A DNA stretch of 32,000 bases from Halomicrobium mukohataei DSM 12286 (GCF_000023965.1 NC_013202.1:480001-512000), one strand, 5' to 3'. Positions 1 through 10,365 are shown, counted from the first letter of the stretch. The notes: generated by a model not told the origin, from the sequence alone. Translations and numbers: made by a program.

Positions 1-18
1 ATCGTGTTGCTGTGCCAT
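1..18 (-). CDS. possible 5' end (MAQQHD...) of a leaderless gene running off the left edge
   Basis: ATG at 18-16 on the minus strand. A TATA-like AGTATATC (minus strand, 50-43) is centred about 28 nt upstream, the spacing seen for most genes here. Only 6 codons are visible and they do not look like the EF-2 N-terminus. Confidence 0.2.
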
Positions 19-169
19 ATCGTGCCCTGCTACGTCAACGGAGATATACTCCGTGGTTTACGACGCCGTCGCGACGGTGATCGCCAGTGCTGGCAGCCGT
101 CCGTGACGAGCGTCCCGGCCCCTGCAACGTACACAGCCACGGCTGGCAGTGTAACGGGGCGTGTCAGAG

Positions 170-183
170 AAAACTGCGCGCAG
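170..183 (-). terminator. candidate terminator of rps12-rps7: palindrome CTGCGCGCAG followed by TTTT (minus-strand sense)
   Basis: Lies 7-22 nt downstream of the rps7 TAA (190-192). Oligo-T tracts are the known archaeal termination signal. Confidence 0.35.
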
Positions 184-189
184 AGAGGA

Positions 190-804
190 TTACCGGGCTG
201 CGGCCGCGACGCGTTCCTTCTCTTCTTTCTGGTTGACCGCGTACGTCTGGACGTCGTTGTTGGCCGCGCCGATGAGCTGCTGGGCCAGCGCGTCCTCGGC
301 GTCCGTCGTCGTCTTGAACGAGTCGCCGTAGACGCCTTCGGCGAGGAACTTCAGTGCCTGGTCGACGCGGCGCTGGGGCGCGACGTCGACGGCCTTCGGG
401 ACGGAGATGCCACCGTACTTCAGGCGGACGGTCTCCTCGCGCGGAGCGCTGTTCTCGACGGCCTCGACGAGCACCTGCACCGGGTTCTCCTCGGTGCGCT
501 CGTGGATCGTCTCGAAGGCGTCCTTGACGATGGTGGTCGCCAGCTGCTTTTTGCCCGTGTTCTCGTCGGTCTGCATCAGGCGGTTGATGAGCCGCTCGAC
601 GATGCTGATCTCCGACTTCTTGAACTGCTTTTCGGAGTGGCGGCCCATCGTGTGGGCGATCGGCGTCACCGTCACGTAGCGCTCGGTCGAGGGGTCCGAG
701 AACTCGATCTCGGTCACGTCCCACTCGCCGAACAGCTGTGCGGGGGCGGCCTCGTCGTCGGTGCCGGCAGGTGCGTCCGGCTCGGGAGCGTCGTCTGCCG
801 ACAT
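190..804 (-). CDS. rps7: 30S ribosomal protein uS7
   Basis: The translation (..HSEKQFKKSEISIVERLINRLM..RLKYGGISVPKAVDVAPQRRVDQALKFL..) is a typical archaeal S7. I set the start at the internal ATG 804 (MSADDAPEP...), 1 nt after the rps12 stop. The 40 upstream codons of the ORF overlap rps12 and are Arg/Ser-rich junk. Confidence 0.93.
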   Translation of the reverse strand: MSADDAPEPDAPAGTDDEAAPAQLFGEWDVTEIEFSDPSTERYVTVTPIAHTMGRHSEKQFKKSEISIVERLINRLMQTDENTGKKQLATTIVKDAFETIHERTEENPVQVLVEAVENSAPREETVRLKYGGISVPKAVDVAPQRRVDQALKFLAEGVYGDSFKTTTDAEDALAQQLIGAANNDVQTYAVNQKEEKERVAAAAR

Positions 805-805
805 G

Positions 806-1234
806 TTATCGCACCGGCTTCTCCGCGTTACCGCGAACCAGTTCGATGAGCGAGACGCCGTTGACCTTCTCGACCTTGTAGTTGACTCCGGAGATGTCAC
901 CCATGGCACGACCCTTCGCGCCACCGATGCCGGCGATCGTCACTTCGTCGTGTTCGTCGATGAAGGAGATCGCACCGTCGCCGGGACAGAACGCCGAGAC
1001 CTGCTTGCCGTTCTTGATCAGCTGGACCCGGACACACTTCCGGATCGCGGAGTTGGGCTGTTTCGCTTCGATACCGATCTTCTCGAGCACGATCCCTCGA
1101 CCCTGGGGCGCACCTTCGAGCGGGTCGGACTTCTGGCCCAGCCCGCGCTCGCGGCGCGCGTAGTCAGAGTCGGACCACCGGTGGTTCTGGCGGTCCTTCT
1201 TGAGTTTGCGTGCGGCGTATTTGCCGTTCGCCAT
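806..1234 (-). CDS. rps12: 30S ribosomal protein uS12
   Basis: [46 protein letters not shown].. is the canonical S12 sequence, in the conserved position before rps7. Confidence 0.97.
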   Translation of the reverse strand: MANGKYAARKLKKDRQNHRWSDSDYARRERGLGQKSDPLEGAPQGRGIVLEKIGIEAKQPNSAIRKCVRVQLIKNGKQVSAFCPGDGAISFIDEHDEVTIAGIGGAKGRAMGDISGVNYKVEKVNGVSLIELVRGNAEKPVR

Positions 1235-1258
1235 ATAGGCTTGCGTATCCCTCGGAGC

Positions 1259-1266
1259 TACTTAAG
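1259..1266 (-). promoter_or_regulatory. TATA-like box CTTAAGTA for rps12-rps7
   Basis: Centred about 28 nt upstream of the rps12 ATG (1234), within the 223-nt gap after nusA. Confidence 0.4.
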
Positions 1267-1347
1267 ACTCCTCTTTCGTCGGCGCGAAACGGACGGAGAA
1301 CGGGTGGTAGCGACTCGCACGCGGGCGGTGAAAGAGACGACGCGAGC

Positions 1348-1396
1348 GGTCGGCTGTCGCGGCTTCTCTAGGTGTCTGACGGTGCCAGCCGACAGC
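1348..1396 (-). repeat. stem-loop with arms GTCGGCTG / CAGCCGAC, related to the palindromic elements at 20220-20285 and 27150-27225
   Basis: Minus-strand reading: GCTGTCGGCTGGCAC-N20-GCGACAGCCGACC. It shares ACAGCCGAC and CTGyCGGCTGkCAC with the other copies. A TTTT run (1408-1405) precedes it, downstream of the nusA stop. Confidence 0.4.
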
Positions 1397-1457
1397 GTCG
1401 CCAGAAAACGTCCACGCCCGTGAGACGCGCGTCGTCACCGGCCGAGGCGGATTGGGT

Positions 1458-1883
1458 CTACGTCAGCTCGATACCGTCCACGTCGAAGTGGCGTTTCGCG
1501 AGCCGGCGGGCGGCATCGATGTTCTTCCCGTCGGCACCGATCGCGACGCCGCGGTCCTCCTGTGCGACCTCGACGTAGGCGATGGTGTCGTCGTTCTCCG
1601 AGATCGTCACGTTGTACACCGCGGCCGGTGCGAGCGTGTTCGCGACGAAGTTCGCAGCCGTGTCGGCGTCCTCGATCAGCTTGACCGCGCGGTCGAGTTT
1701 CGACTCGATGCGGTCGACGACGACGCCGCCGGGACCGATCGCGTCGGCCATCTCGCCGGCCTTGACGACGTAGATTACGCGGTCGTTGTCGTCGTCGATC
1801 AGGCAGTCCCGGACAGTCACGTCTGCCTCGGTCTCGAACAGCGCGATCAGCCGGCGCGCTTCGTCCGAGAGTTCGACGGGCAT
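1458..1883 (-). CDS. nusA: archaeal NusA-like KH-domain transcription factor
   Basis: 141 aa with two KH-like segments (..GPGGVVVDRIESKL.. and ..GVAIGADGKNIDAARRLAKRHF..). It sits in the conserved position after rpoA''. Its ATG overlaps the rpoA'' stop by 1 nt. Confidence 0.92.
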   Translation of the reverse strand: MPVELSDEARRLIALFETEADVTVRDCLIDDDNDRVIYVVKAGEMADAIGPGGVVVDRIESKLDRAVKLIEDADTAANFVANTLAPAAVYNVTISENDDTIAYVEVAQEDRGVAIGADGKNIDAARRLAKRHFDVDGIELT

Positions 1884-3070
1884 CAGTCCTGGCTCGCACC
1901 CATCCGGAGGTCCACGTCGCCGGTGCCGAGCTGGACCGGCTTCCCGACGATCACGTTCTCGATGACGCCTTCGAGCACGTCGACCTCGCCGTGGATCGCG
2001 GCGTCTAACAGGTGATTGACCGTCACCTCGTAGGCCGCACGCGCGAGGACGCTCTCTTTGTTGCCCGAGATGCCGTGGCGACCGATCGACTCGATCTCGC
2101 CGCGGTTGGTCATGATGTCGGCGACCAGCATCAGGTGCCGGATGTTCACGTCGTCGAGCCCCTGCTCTTCGAGCGTGTGCATCGTCTCGTTGATCAGCGT
2201 CTCGCGGGCCGCCTCGATGCCGAGGTTGCGGTAGATCTCGTGGATGTTGTTACACGTCGTCCGGGAGGCGTCGATCCCCTCGATCCCGAGCACGTCGCCG
2301 AAGGCCGACCCCTCGGTGTAGAGGACGAACTCCTCGCCCTCGTCGGTCTCTTCTTTCCGGATGACCACGCGGGAGATGTCCTCGATCCCCTTGAAGACGA
2401 CCTCGCGAAGCTCCTCGACGAGCTGGAGGAGGTCGCGATACGACGGCTCTTCGGGGCCGAACTCGATCATCGTGCCGGCCTGGCGGGTCTGGACGGCCAG
2501 CTTCGACTCGATGGTCTCGGCGATCTCCTCGGCCACGTCCTCGACCTGGTCGACGGTGGGCCACCGCTCCATCAGCGTCTCCTCGTTGAGGTCGATCTGG
2601 ACGAGCATGTCCGCGACGTTGGTCGAGATGTCACCCAGCGCGAGGATGCGCGTGGCCTCGATCTTCCAGACGACCTCGTGGGCCTTCTCCCGATCGGTCG
2701 CGTACTCGTCTTCGAGATGGACCGTCATCATCGGCGTGTCGGGCGTTTTCCGGGCGTCGACCAGCTCGATGAGCCGCGGCAGTCCCTGGGTCACGTCGAT
2801 CTCTGCGACCCCCGCGTAGTGGAACGTGTTCATCGTCATCTGGGTGCCGGGCTCGCCGATCGACTGCGCCGAGACGGTCCCGACCGGGTCCAGCGGATCG
2901 ACGCGGGTCTCCTGGTAGCGCGACTGGACGGCCTTGGCGATCTGGTCCGCCTCCTCGACGGTCACGTCGCGCTCTTCGATCGTACTGTACACGTCGTCTT
3001 TGAGCCGTCGCGGGAGGTCCGTATCCTCCACGATCGCTTCGATGTCGTCGGTTACGTTTGCTCGTGTCAT
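1883..3070 (-). CDS. rpoA2: DNA-directed RNA polymerase subunit A''
   Basis: 395 aa; ..[24 protein letters not shown].. and the C-terminal ..[16 protein letters not shown].. are hallmark Rpo1C sequences. Confidence 0.97.
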   Translation of the reverse strand: MTRANVTDDIEAIVEDTDLPRRLKDDVYSTIEERDVTVEEADQIAKAVQSRYQETRVDPLDPVGTVSAQSIGEPGTQMTMNTFHYAGVAEIDVTQGLPRLIELVDARKTPDTPMMTVHLEDEYATDREKAHEVVWKIEATRILALGDISTNVADMLVQIDLNEETLMERWPTVDQVEDVAEEIAETIESKLAVQTRQAGTMIEFGPEEPSYRDLLQLVEELREVVFKGIEDISRVVIRKEETDEGEEFVLYTEGSAFGDVLGIEGIDASRTTCNNIHEIYRNLGIEAARETLINETMHTLEEQGLDDVNIRHLMLVADIMTNRGEIESIGRHGISGNKESVLARAAYEVTVNHLLDAAIHGEVDVLEGVIENVIVGKPVQLGTGDVDLRMGASQD

Positions 3071-5988
3071 CAGTCGTCACCCTCCGCCATCCACCAGTCG
3101 TCGGTGTGTTCCGACAGATTGGTCGGCTCGGTGCGTTCACCGAGGAACTCGCTTTTGATGCTCTCGGACTCGAACTCGGCGTCGAGAACGCTGTCCGCGA
3201 TCTCCTCGACGTCGACCGGCGTCTCCTCGTTCGAGGAGACCTGTACCGGCGAGGTGCCGTCTTCGCCGAACTCGAACTGGACGATGTTGTCCGAGGTGTC
3301 CCGGACGGTGCCGTCGTACTGGGCCTCCAGTTCCGAGAGCGCGTTGATCAGACGGCGCTGGAGGTAACCGGACTTGGAGGTCCGGACCGCCGTGTCGACC
3401 AGCCCCTCGCGGCCACCCATCGCGTGGAAGAAGAACTCCTTGGGGTTGAGTCCGGAGCGGTACGACGCCTCCACGAAGCCGTGGGCGTCCGAGGAGAGGT
3501 CGTTCTGCTTGAAGTGTGACAGGGTGCGGTCCTCGTAGCCGCGGTTGATCCGCTCGCCACGGACCGCCTGCTGGCCGACACAGCCGGCCATCTGGGTCAG
3601 GTTGAGCATCGACCCACGCGCGCCGGACTCGGCCATCACGACAGCCGGGTTGTCGTCGTCGAAGTGGTCTCCGGCGATGTCACCGGCGGAGTCACGGGCC
3701 TTGCCGAGCGTCTGCATGATCTTCATTTCGAGGGTCTCGTCGACCGTCCGACCGGGCAGCGACTCCAGTTCGCCCCGATCGTAGGTCTCGATGAGTTCCT
3801 CGACGCGGTCGTAGGCGTTGTCGATGGCCTCGGTGATCTGGGCCTCCGCGGCCTCGGGAACGGACTCGTCGTCGATCCCGATCGAGAACCCGAAGTGCAT
3901 GATCGAACGCATCGCCAGCGCGGCGATCTCGTTGATGAAGATGCGCGCTCGGGTGTTGGAGTACTCCTTGGTGATAGTGTCGACGATCTCGCCGCCGAAC
4001 CCACCGACCGCGCTGTCGTCGATGGTCCCCTCGACGAGCTGCCCGTCCTCGATGATCACGTCGTCGCCGGCCTCGCTGGTGAACGTCAGATCGAGGTCGT
4101 CGGGCAACAGCTCCGAGAAGATGTCGCGACCCGTCCAGTAGGGCGTGCCGTCGTCGTCGACGCCGGATTCGGGCGGGAGCTCGTCGATCCGGGTCGCACG
4201 CAGCAGGTCCAGTGCCTGGGTCTCGTTGAACTCCGGATTAGTGTGAGTCAGCAGATAGGTCCCACTGATGTGGTCCTGAATCGCGCCGATGATGTTCTCA
4301 CCGAAGCGCGGGCTGAGGATCTGCTCCTGGACGCGCATCAGCACGCGAGCCTCGGCACGGGCCTCCTCGTTCTGGAGGGCGTGCATGTTCATCTCGTCGC
4401 CGTCGAAGTCCGCGTTGTACGGCGGACAGACCGTCGTGTTGAGCCGGAACGTCTTGTAGGGCATCACCACGACCTCGTGGGCCATGATGGACATCCGGTG
4501 CAGCGACGGCTGGCGGTTGAAGATGATGATGTCGCCGTCGATCATGTGACGGGACACTTCCCAGCCCGGTTCGACCTTCTCGGCCAACTCCTCGCAGTTC
4601 TTCTCGGTGACCTTCAGTCGGCGACCGTCGGGCCGCTTGACGTAGTTGGCACCGGGGTGGGCCTCGGGCCCGTTGGCGACGTAGCGACGAGCGTTGTCGA
4701 GGTTGCGCTCGTTGACGTTCATCGTCTGGGTCATCTCCTTGGCCACGCGGTCGGGGACGCCGACCTCGTTGAGCGACAGGGTCGGGTCCGGGGAGATGAC
4801 CGTCCGGGCCGAGAAGTTCACGCGCTTCCCGGACAGCGAGCCACGGAAGCGACCTTCCTTGCCTTTCAGGCGCTGAGAGAGGGTCTTCAGCGGCCGGCCA
4901 GAGCGGTGTCGGGCCGGCGGCGTGCCGCTGATCTCGTTGTCCATGAACGTGGTGACGTGGTACTGCAGCAGTTCCCAGAGGTCCTCGATGATCAGCTGGG
5001 GCGCGCCTGCCTCGCGGTTCTCCATGAACCGCTGGTTGATCCGGATGATGTCGACCAGCTTGTGGGTCAGGTCGTCCTCCGAGCGCTGGCCGTTGTCCAG
5101 CGTGATCGACGGTCGCGCGGTGACCGGCGGCACGGGCAGGACGGTGAGAATCATCCACTCGGGGCGAGAACGGGCGGGCTTCATGCCCAGCACCTCGACG
5201 TCCTCGTCCGGGATGTCCTCGAACCAGTCCCGGATGTCGCTGGGCATCAGCTTGTTCTCGTCTTCCTCGGTGAGGTCCACGTCCAGCGCCGACTCGATGG
5301 CCCGACGGTCGTCCTGTCGGGGTCGGAACTCTCCGGAGATGATCTCCTGGACGCGAGAGGGATCGATACCCGTCTCGTCGGCCAGTTCCGAGGGCGTGGT
5401 CCGTTCGCGGCCGGCCTCCTCGTCGGGCTCCATCGCGGCGACGATCCGCTGGGAGTACTCCGAGGAGAGCACGTCCTGGACCTCGTAGTAGGTCGTCGGC
5501 TTCTCGTGTTTGATGTCGTACTGGGGCTCGCCACAGAACGGACAGCGGTCCTTCTTGCGGGCCTGCCGGATCGCGGCCTTGGTCACGTCGTTGACGTCCT
5601 TGCCCAGCTCCTCGGATCGTTCGAGGCGGTCCTCGAACTCCTCGCGTTCGCGTTCGTCGAGACAGAGCCGCGAGCACTCCCGACAGGTCCCGCGCAGCAG
5701 GCGTCGGATGAGCTTGTTGAACCCGACGTGGATGACGGGCGCTGCGAGTTCGATGTGGCCGAAGTGGCCGTTACACGACCCACTGTGCTTGCCACAGGTC
5801 TTACACTCCAGGCCGGGGTCGATCACGCCCAGACGCGGGTCCATCAGTCCCATGTCGATCGGGAACCCGTCGTCGTCGTAGGTGTCGGCCGTGATGACCT
5901 TCGTGGCGCTCATGTCGCGGTACTCCTCGGGATCCATCAGCCCGAAGCTAATGGAACTGATCGATTTGGGTGTCTGTTGTGCACTCAT
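3070..5988 (-). CDS. rpoA1: DNA-directed RNA polymerase subunit A'
   Basis: 972 aa with the Zn-binding [15 protein letters not shown] motif, the catalytic [10 protein letters not shown] motif and the RQPSLHRMS motif. Confidence 0.98.
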   Translation of the reverse strand: MSAQQTPKSISSISFGLMDPEEYRDMSATKVITADTYDDDGFPIDMGLMDPRLGVIDPGLECKTCGKHSGSCNGHFGHIELAAPVIHVGFNKLIRRLLRGTCRECSRLCLDEREREEFEDRLERSEELGKDVNDVTKAAIRQARKKDRCPFCGEPQYDIKHEKPTTYYEVQDVLSSEYSQRIVAAMEPDEEAGRERTTPSELADETGIDPSRVQEIISGEFRPRQDDRRAIESALDVDLTEEDENKLMPSDIRDWFEDIPDEDVEVLGMKPARSRPEWMILTVLPVPPVTARPSITLDNGQRSEDDLTHKLVDIIRINQRFMENREAGAPQLIIEDLWELLQYHVTTFMDNEISGTPPARHRSGRPLKTLSQRLKGKEGRFRGSLSGKRVNFSARTVISPDPTLSLNEVGVPDRVAKEMTQTMNVNERNLDNARRYVANGPEAHPGANYVKRPDGRRLKVTEKNCEELAEKVEPGWEVSRHMIDGDIIIFNRQPSLHRMSIMAHEVVVMPYKTFRLNTTVCPPYNADFDGDEMNMHALQNEEARAEARVLMRVQEQILSPRFGENIIGAIQDHISGTYLLTHTNPEFNETQALDLLRATRIDELPPESGVDDDGTPYWTGRDIFSELLPDDLDLTFTSEAGDDVIIEDGQLVEGTIDDSAVGGFGGEIVDTITKEYSNTRARIFINEIAALAMRSIMHFGFSIGIDDESVPEAAEAQITEAIDNAYDRVEELIETYDRGELESLPGRTVDETLEMKIMQTLGKARDSAGDIAGDHFDDDNPAVVMAESGARGSMLNLTQMAGCVGQQAVRGERINRGYEDRTLSHFKQNDLSSDAHGFVEASYRSGLNPKEFFFHAMGGREGLVDTAVRTSKSGYLQRRLINALSELEAQYDGTVRDTSDNIVQFEFGEDGTSPVQVSSNEETPVDVEEIADSVLDAEFESESIKSEFLGERTEPTNLSEHTDDWWMAEGDD

Positions 5989-5990
5989 CG

Positions 5991-7817
5991 TTAGACTGCG
6001 TCTTCCAGTTCGATGCGCGGTGCGATTCCGAGCGCCTTCATCTCGTCGAGCAGGAGCTTGAACGCGTACGGCATCTCGACCTCGTGGATGTCGGTCTCTT
6101 CCTCACAGTTGGGGCAGTAGATGCGGCGTTGCTCGACGTTCTCGACGGCGGTCATGCCACACTCGCCACAGATCTTGATCCACTCGCGGTCGGACTCGTC
6201 GAGGAGCCGTTCCTTGAGGACCATCGCCGCTCCGTGGCCGATCAGCACGTCCCGTTCCATGTGTCCCACGCGCAGGCCGCCCTCGCGGGCACGCCCTTCC
6301 GTCGGCTGACGGGTCAGCACCTGCACCGGCCCGCGTGAACGGGCGTGGAGCTTGTTCGAGACCATGTGGTACAGCTTCTGGTAGAAGATCGTCCCGACGA
6401 AGATCTCGGCTTCGACCTTCTCGCCGGTGACGCCGGAGTACATGACCTCCTTGCCCGAGGACTTGAACCCGCGGTCCTCCAGTGCGCCGCGAAGTTCCGC
6501 CTCGTCTTCGCCCGTGAAGGCGGTGCCGTCGACGCGCCGGCCTTCGAGTGCGCCGACCTTCCCGCCCAGCATCTCCAGTACGTGGCCGACCGTCATCCGC
6601 GACGGCAGGGCGTGTGGGTTGAGGATGAGGTCGGGCACGACGCCGGCCTCGGTGAAGGGCATGTCTTCCTGGGGGGCCAGGTGACCGACGACGCCCTTCT
6701 GTCCGTGCCGGGAGGCGAACTTGTCCCCGAGTTCGGGGATCCGCTCGTCACGCACGGAGACCTTCGAGAGCTTCGAGCCGTCCTCGCCTTCCATCAGCGT
6801 GACCGTGTCGACGACCCCGCTCTCGCCAGAGCGCATCGTGACGCTCGTCTCGCGGCGCTTCTGGGGGCTGAGACCGCCCATGTCGTCTGGCTCTTCGAGG
6901 AACCGCGGCGGCGAGGTCTTGCCCAGCAGGACCTCGTTTTCCTTGACGTTGGTCTCGGGGTTGACCAGTCCGTCCTCGTCGAGGTGGGTGTACGCTTCCT
7001 CGCCGCGTGCGCCCCGCACCTCGTCGTCGGGGATCTCGAAGCGGTCCTCCTGACCGCCGGGGTAGCGCCGTTCCTCGCCCTCGTAGGTCCGGAAGAAGTG
7101 CGAGCGAGCGAGCGCACGCTCGACCGAGCCCTCGTTCATGACCAGGGCGTCCTCGATGTTGAACCCCTCGTAGCTCATCACGGCGACCGTGAAGTTCTGG
7201 GCCGCCGGGCGGTCGTCGTAGCCGATCTGTTCCGTGGTCTGGGTCTTGACCATCGACAGCTGCGGGTAGTGCAGGAGGTGCTGGCGCGTGTCCGGACGAA
7301 TCCGGTAGTTCGCGCTTGGCAGCCCCAGCGACTGCTTGATCATCCCCGACCCCATCGTAATCCGGGGCGAGGCGTTGTGTTCCGGATACGGGATCATCCC
7401 GGCACCGATCCCGAACATCAGCTGTGGGTCCACTTCGAGGTGGGTGTGGTCGTCGGTCACGTCCTCCTCGCTGACTGCGACGAGGATGTCCTCCTCCTCT
7501 TCGGCGTCGATGAACTCGACGACGCCGCGTTCGACCAGTTCCTCGAAGCCCAGTTCGCCGTCTTTGACCTGCTGGACCTCCGATTCCGTGATCAGTGGTT
7601 CGCCGTCCTCGACGACCAGCAGCGGGCGACGGGCCCGGCCGGCGTCGGCGTTGACGATGACTTCGTCCGTCCGATCCTTGACGGAGACGTTGACCATCTC
7701 CGAGACGTCCCCGCGTCGGCGGGCCTGTCGGATCTGATCTGCGAGCTGTTCGGGGTCGGGATGTGTCCCGACCAGACTGCCGTTGACGTACACTTTGGCG
7801 TCGCGTCCCTGACTCAT
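5991..7817 (-). CDS. rpoB1: DNA-directed RNA polymerase subunit B'
   Basis: 608 aa; ..[13 protein letters not shown].. , ..PSRMTVGH.. and a C-terminal Zn ribbon CGECG..CPNC. Confidence 0.98.
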   Translation of the reverse strand: MSQGRDAKVYVNGSLVGTHPDPEQLADQIRQARRRGDVSEMVNVSVKDRTDEVIVNADAGRARRPLLVVEDGEPLITESEVQQVKDGELGFEELVERGVVEFIDAEEEEDILVAVSEEDVTDDHTHLEVDPQLMFGIGAGMIPYPEHNASPRITMGSGMIKQSLGLPSANYRIRPDTRQHLLHYPQLSMVKTQTTEQIGYDDRPAAQNFTVAVMSYEGFNIEDALVMNEGSVERALARSHFFRTYEGEERRYPGGQEDRFEIPDDEVRGARGEEAYTHLDEDGLVNPETNVKENEVLLGKTSPPRFLEEPDDMGGLSPQKRRETSVTMRSGESGVVDTVTLMEGEDGSKLSKVSVRDERIPELGDKFASRHGQKGVVGHLAPQEDMPFTEAGVVPDLILNPHALPSRMTVGHVLEMLGGKVGALEGRRVDGTAFTGEDEAELRGALEDRGFKSSGKEVMYSGVTGEKVEAEIFVGTIFYQKLYHMVSNKLHARSRGPVQVLTRQPTEGRAREGGLRVGHMERDVLIGHGAAMVLKERLLDESDREWIKICGECGMTAVENVEQRRIYCPNCEEETDIHEVEMPYAFKLLLDEMKALGIAPRIELEDAV

Positions 7818-7820
7818 GAT

Positions 7821-9383
7821 TTAATCGTCCGCTGGCTGCTCGATTCGCTCGATTCCGGGGATCCCCTGGACCCCCATGTCGGCGAGTTCCTGTTTGAGAT
7901 CCTGTTCGTCTTCGACGTTCTGAGAGAGTTCCATCGCCTGCGCGAAGTTCTTCACCAGACCACAGTTGGGTCCTTCGGGGGTCTCTGACGGACAGATCCG
8001 GCCCCACTGGGTCGCGTGCAGGTCACGCGCCTCGAAGTGTGGCTGGCTCCGAGAGAGCGGCGAACGGAGGCGTCGCAGGTGAGAGAGCACACCCATGTAG
8101 TCGGTCCGGTCGACCAGCTGGCTCACGCCGGAGCGGCCGCCGACCCAGTTGCCCGTCGCGATCGGGTGTTCGAGCCGTTCGGTCAGCACGTCCGACCGGA
8201 CGACCGTCGACACCGAGAGCTGACGGTTGCGCATGTTCGCCCGTTCGAGCTGGTACTTCACGTCGCGTGCCAGCTTGTTCAGCGCGGTCCGGAACAGGTC
8301 TTTCATCAGGTCGCCGCTGACCTTCAGGCGCTTGTTGGAGTAGTGGTCCTTGTCGTCCGCGTCGCGCCGACCGAGCGCGAGTTCGAAGCAGGCTTCCGCC
8401 ATCCGGCAGAGGTAGAAGGCCTTGTTGATGCGTACGTCCTCCTCGTCGACGCCCTCCTCGTGGAGGTGCGGGAGGAGATAGCGGTCGATGACGTAGTTGG
8501 CTCGCTTGAGCTGGTAGTTCTTGCCCTGGCCGGAGGCGACTCGCTCGCCCAGCGTCTCGATCGCGCCCTCGGTGGTCTGCACGTCGGCGGCCTCCAGGTT
8601 CTCCAGCATGAACTTCACGATCTCCGGGTCGTCGCTGACGCGGTGGACGATCTCCTCGTCGGACTCCAGGCCCAGCGCACGCACGAGGGTCACGAAGTTG
8701 ATCGAACCCGAGACGCTCGGGAAGGAGACTTCGAGGATGCCGTCTCGCGTTCGTTCACAGAGGACCAGCGCGCGGTAGCCACGGCGCTGGGAGAAAGTCT
8801 TGGCGACCTGCACGTCGTCGCCGTACTTGGTGTCGTGTTCCGCGAGGATCTTGTTGGGCGCGAGGTCCTCGCTGGTCATCAGGACTCGTTCCGAGCCGTT
8901 GACGACGAAGTAACCGCCGGGGTCGGCCGGGTCCTCGCCGATGTCGATCAGCTCCTCGTCGGTGAAGCCGTCGATGTTGCACTTGTTCGAGCCGACCATG
9001 ATCGGCATGCGGCCGATCTTGGTCTCGGTCTGGTCGACGACGACCTCCTCTTCCTCGTCGCCGCCCCGAACGATCGCCATCTCCATGAAGACCGGCGCGG
9101 AGTAGGTGATGTTTCGCAGTCGGCCCTCCTGTGGGTAGAGCAGTTCCTCGCTGCCGTCGGCCTCGCGGACCCGAGGCGTGACGACGCGCACGTCGCCAAG
9201 TTCGACGAAGACTGGCTCTTGGCCCTCCTTGTCGCCGATGTCGGTCTCGATCGTCTCCTTCTCGTCGACGACCTGCTGCATGCCCCGGTCGAGGAAGGAG
9301 TTGAACGATCGGAAGTGATGCTCCGCCAGGCGCTCCCGCGAGAAGTACTCCCGAGAGATCGCACGTCGGTCGTTGACGTCCAT
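7821..9383 (-). CDS. rpoB2: DNA-directed RNA polymerase subunit B''
   Basis: 520 aa N-terminal half of Rpo2 (..GYFVVNGSERV.., ..HATQWGRICPSETPEGPNCGLVKN..). This is the split-B arrangement typical of haloarchaea and methanogens. Confidence 0.98.
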   Translation of the reverse strand: MDVNDRRAISREYFSRERLAEHHFRSFNSFLDRGMQQVVDEKETIETDIGDKEGQEPVFVELGDVRVVTPRVREADGSEELLYPQEGRLRNITYSAPVFMEMAIVRGGDEEEEVVVDQTETKIGRMPIMVGSNKCNIDGFTDEELIDIGEDPADPGGYFVVNGSERVLMTSEDLAPNKILAEHDTKYGDDVQVAKTFSQRRGYRALVLCERTRDGILEVSFPSVSGSINFVTLVRALGLESDEEIVHRVSDDPEIVKFMLENLEAADVQTTEGAIETLGERVASGQGKNYQLKRANYVIDRYLLPHLHEEGVDEEDVRINKAFYLCRMAEACFELALGRRDADDKDHYSNKRLKVSGDLMKDLFRTALNKLARDVKYQLERANMRNRQLSVSTVVRSDVLTERLEHPIATGNWVGGRSGVSQLVDRTDYMGVLSHLRRLRSPLSRSQPHFEARDLHATQWGRICPSETPEGPNCGLVKNFAQAMELSQNVEDEQDLKQELADMGVQGIPGIERIEQPADD

Positions 9384-9610
9384 CAGGACACCACCAGTCG
9401 ATACACGACTGCCTGATCGGTCGTTCGCGAATTACGGACGATCTTGATCACGTCGCCGACCTCGGCCTCGTCGGGGGTGGCCGGGTCGGTGCGTTTGATC
9501 TTCGGCAGGTCCGTCTTTTTGATGTTGTACTCCTCGAGCACGTCGTCGAGAACGTCCTCGTCGACGATGCTGTGGTCTGGAACGAGTTCGTGTTGGCTTA
9601 CGTCTACCAT
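9383..9610 (-). CDS. rpoH: DNA-directed RNA polymerase subunit H (Rpb5 C-terminal homolog)
   Basis: 75 aa; ..HELVPDH.IV.. and ..LPKI...DP......GDVIKI.R.S.T....VYR.V are characteristic. It is the first gene of the rpo operon and its stop overlaps the rpoB'' ATG. Confidence 0.92.
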   Translation of the reverse strand: MVDVSQHELVPDHSIVDEDVLDDVLEEYNIKKTDLPKIKRTDPATPDEAEVGDVIKIVRNSRTTDQAVVYRLVVS

Positions 9611-9892
9611 GTGTGTTGTTGCCGGCGAGTGGAGAAGGTGGCTGTCACGAGATACTACAGGTCGTTATTAGCGGAACGCATTTAACCCTTGCCAAGTCCG
9701 TCTGCAGTAGCTATCGAACGCCGGGCCGGTCGTCGCGTCACCAGAAACTATGCGAACGACCTTCATAGTCGTTTGGGTCCGGGCAGATCTGGCTCTCTCC
9801 GGACCGCAGACGCCGACAGACGACCGGTCGGGCTGGCGCGACGCCGGGCGCTGACCCCACCACGACACCACAACCCAATGACGGCGCGTTTG

Positions 9893-9907
9893 GAAAGCCT
9901 TAATACT
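9893..9907 (+). promoter_or_regulatory. BRE/TATA-like GAAAGCCTTAATACT upstream of the tRNA-Asp pair
   Basis: TTAATA at 9900-9905 lies 31-36 nt upstream of the mature tRNA 5' end (9936). No comparable box precedes the second copy. Confidence 0.4.
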
Positions 9908-9935
9908 ATCACCAGGATACGATGAGATGCGTCGT

Positions 9936-10008
9936 GCCCGGATGGTGTAGTGGCCCATCATACGACCCTGTCACGGTCGTGACGCGGGTTCAAATCCCGC
10001 TCCGGGCG
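9936..10008 (+). tRNA. tRNA-Asp (anticodon GUC), no encoded CCA
   Basis: I folded it by hand: 7-bp acceptor stem GCCCGGA/TCCGGGC, anticodon stem CGACC/GGTCG with loop CTGTCAC, and T arm GCGGG-TTCAAAT-CCCGC. Length 73 nt. Confidence 0.9.
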
Positions 10009-10051
10009 CTTCTGCTGTGAACAGACTGCCGAACAACTGAAAATACGTCGT

Positions 10052-10124
10052 GCCCGGATGGTGTAGTGGCCCATCATACGACCCTGTCACGGTCGTGACG
10101 CGGGTTCAAATCCCGCTCCGGGCG
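10052..10124 (+). tRNA. tRNA-Asp (anticodon GUC), second identical copy
   Basis: All 73 nt are identical to 9936-10008. The 6 nt before each copy (CGTCGT) are also identical. The spacer is 43 nt. Confidence 0.9.
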
Positions 10125-10365
10125 TTCTACGACAGTTCACTCCGCCAGCGAAGCCTCTCGTCGTCGCTCTTCTAGCGAAGTCCCTGCCGTCGAGCAACAT
10201 CCAGCTATCGCTCGCGAAGTCGGTGGCGTGGAGGGGAAAAGTCCCCTCACCCTGTCATAGGTCCGTCCCACCTCGGGAGGCGGACACGGCTGTGATCGGA
10301 CGACGGCGATAAATGCTTTGCGGGGGTGGGGAACTGTTTAGTGTCGGCGCACGAATCTCGCCCGT

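Noticed and set aside
1-189. Expected EF-2 (fusA) gene directly after rps7, as in the classical str-operon order.
   Set aside because: No EF-2-like N-terminus (MGRRKK..) appears in any frame of the 189 nt downstream of rps7. Instead there is a terminator-like palindrome plus T-run, and a separate promoter/ATG whose first codons (MAQQHD) do not resemble EF-2.
805-924. N-terminal extensions in the ORF track for rps7 (to 924), the Zn-ribbon gene (to 16988), the pcm paralog (to 14881), the phosphoesterase (to 20985), the kinase (to 25816), pgk (to 27151), cetZ (from 12747) and the wHTH gene (from 10973).
   Set aside because: The extensions overlap neighbouring genes or run through promoter-like A/T boxes. 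Their composition is atypical. Internal ATGs give family-typical N-termini with a TATA-like box about 27-30 nt upstream.
3664-5994. Very long antisense ORFs opposite the rpo genes and other real genes. Examples: 3664-5994 (776 aa), 6345-7988 (547 aa), 8016-9416 (466 aa), 2012-3367, 25847-27547, 28664-30082 and 30030-31544.
   Set aside because: They mirror confidently identified genes on the other strand. Their products are dominated by Arg/Gly/Val/Asp/Leu low-complexity strings, which is the usual shadow-ORF artefact of about 67% GC DNA.
9630-9645. GTGGCTGTCAC in the rpoH upstream region shares a 9-mer (rc GTGACAGCC) with palindromic element copy B.
   Set aside because: It is a single arm without an inverted partner nearby. 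A 9-mer match in GC-biased DNA is within chance expectation.
9936-10124. Tandem tRNA-Asp genes as attL/attR of an integrated element.
   Set aside because: Both copies are full length and only 43 nt apart. No integrase or foreign DNA lies between or next to them.
10140-10225. Three GCGAAG-containing near-repeats spaced about 30-35 nt apart as a degenerate CRISPR-like array.
   Set aside because: The repeats are only 6-8 nt, imperfect and unevenly spaced. No cas genes or leader are present.
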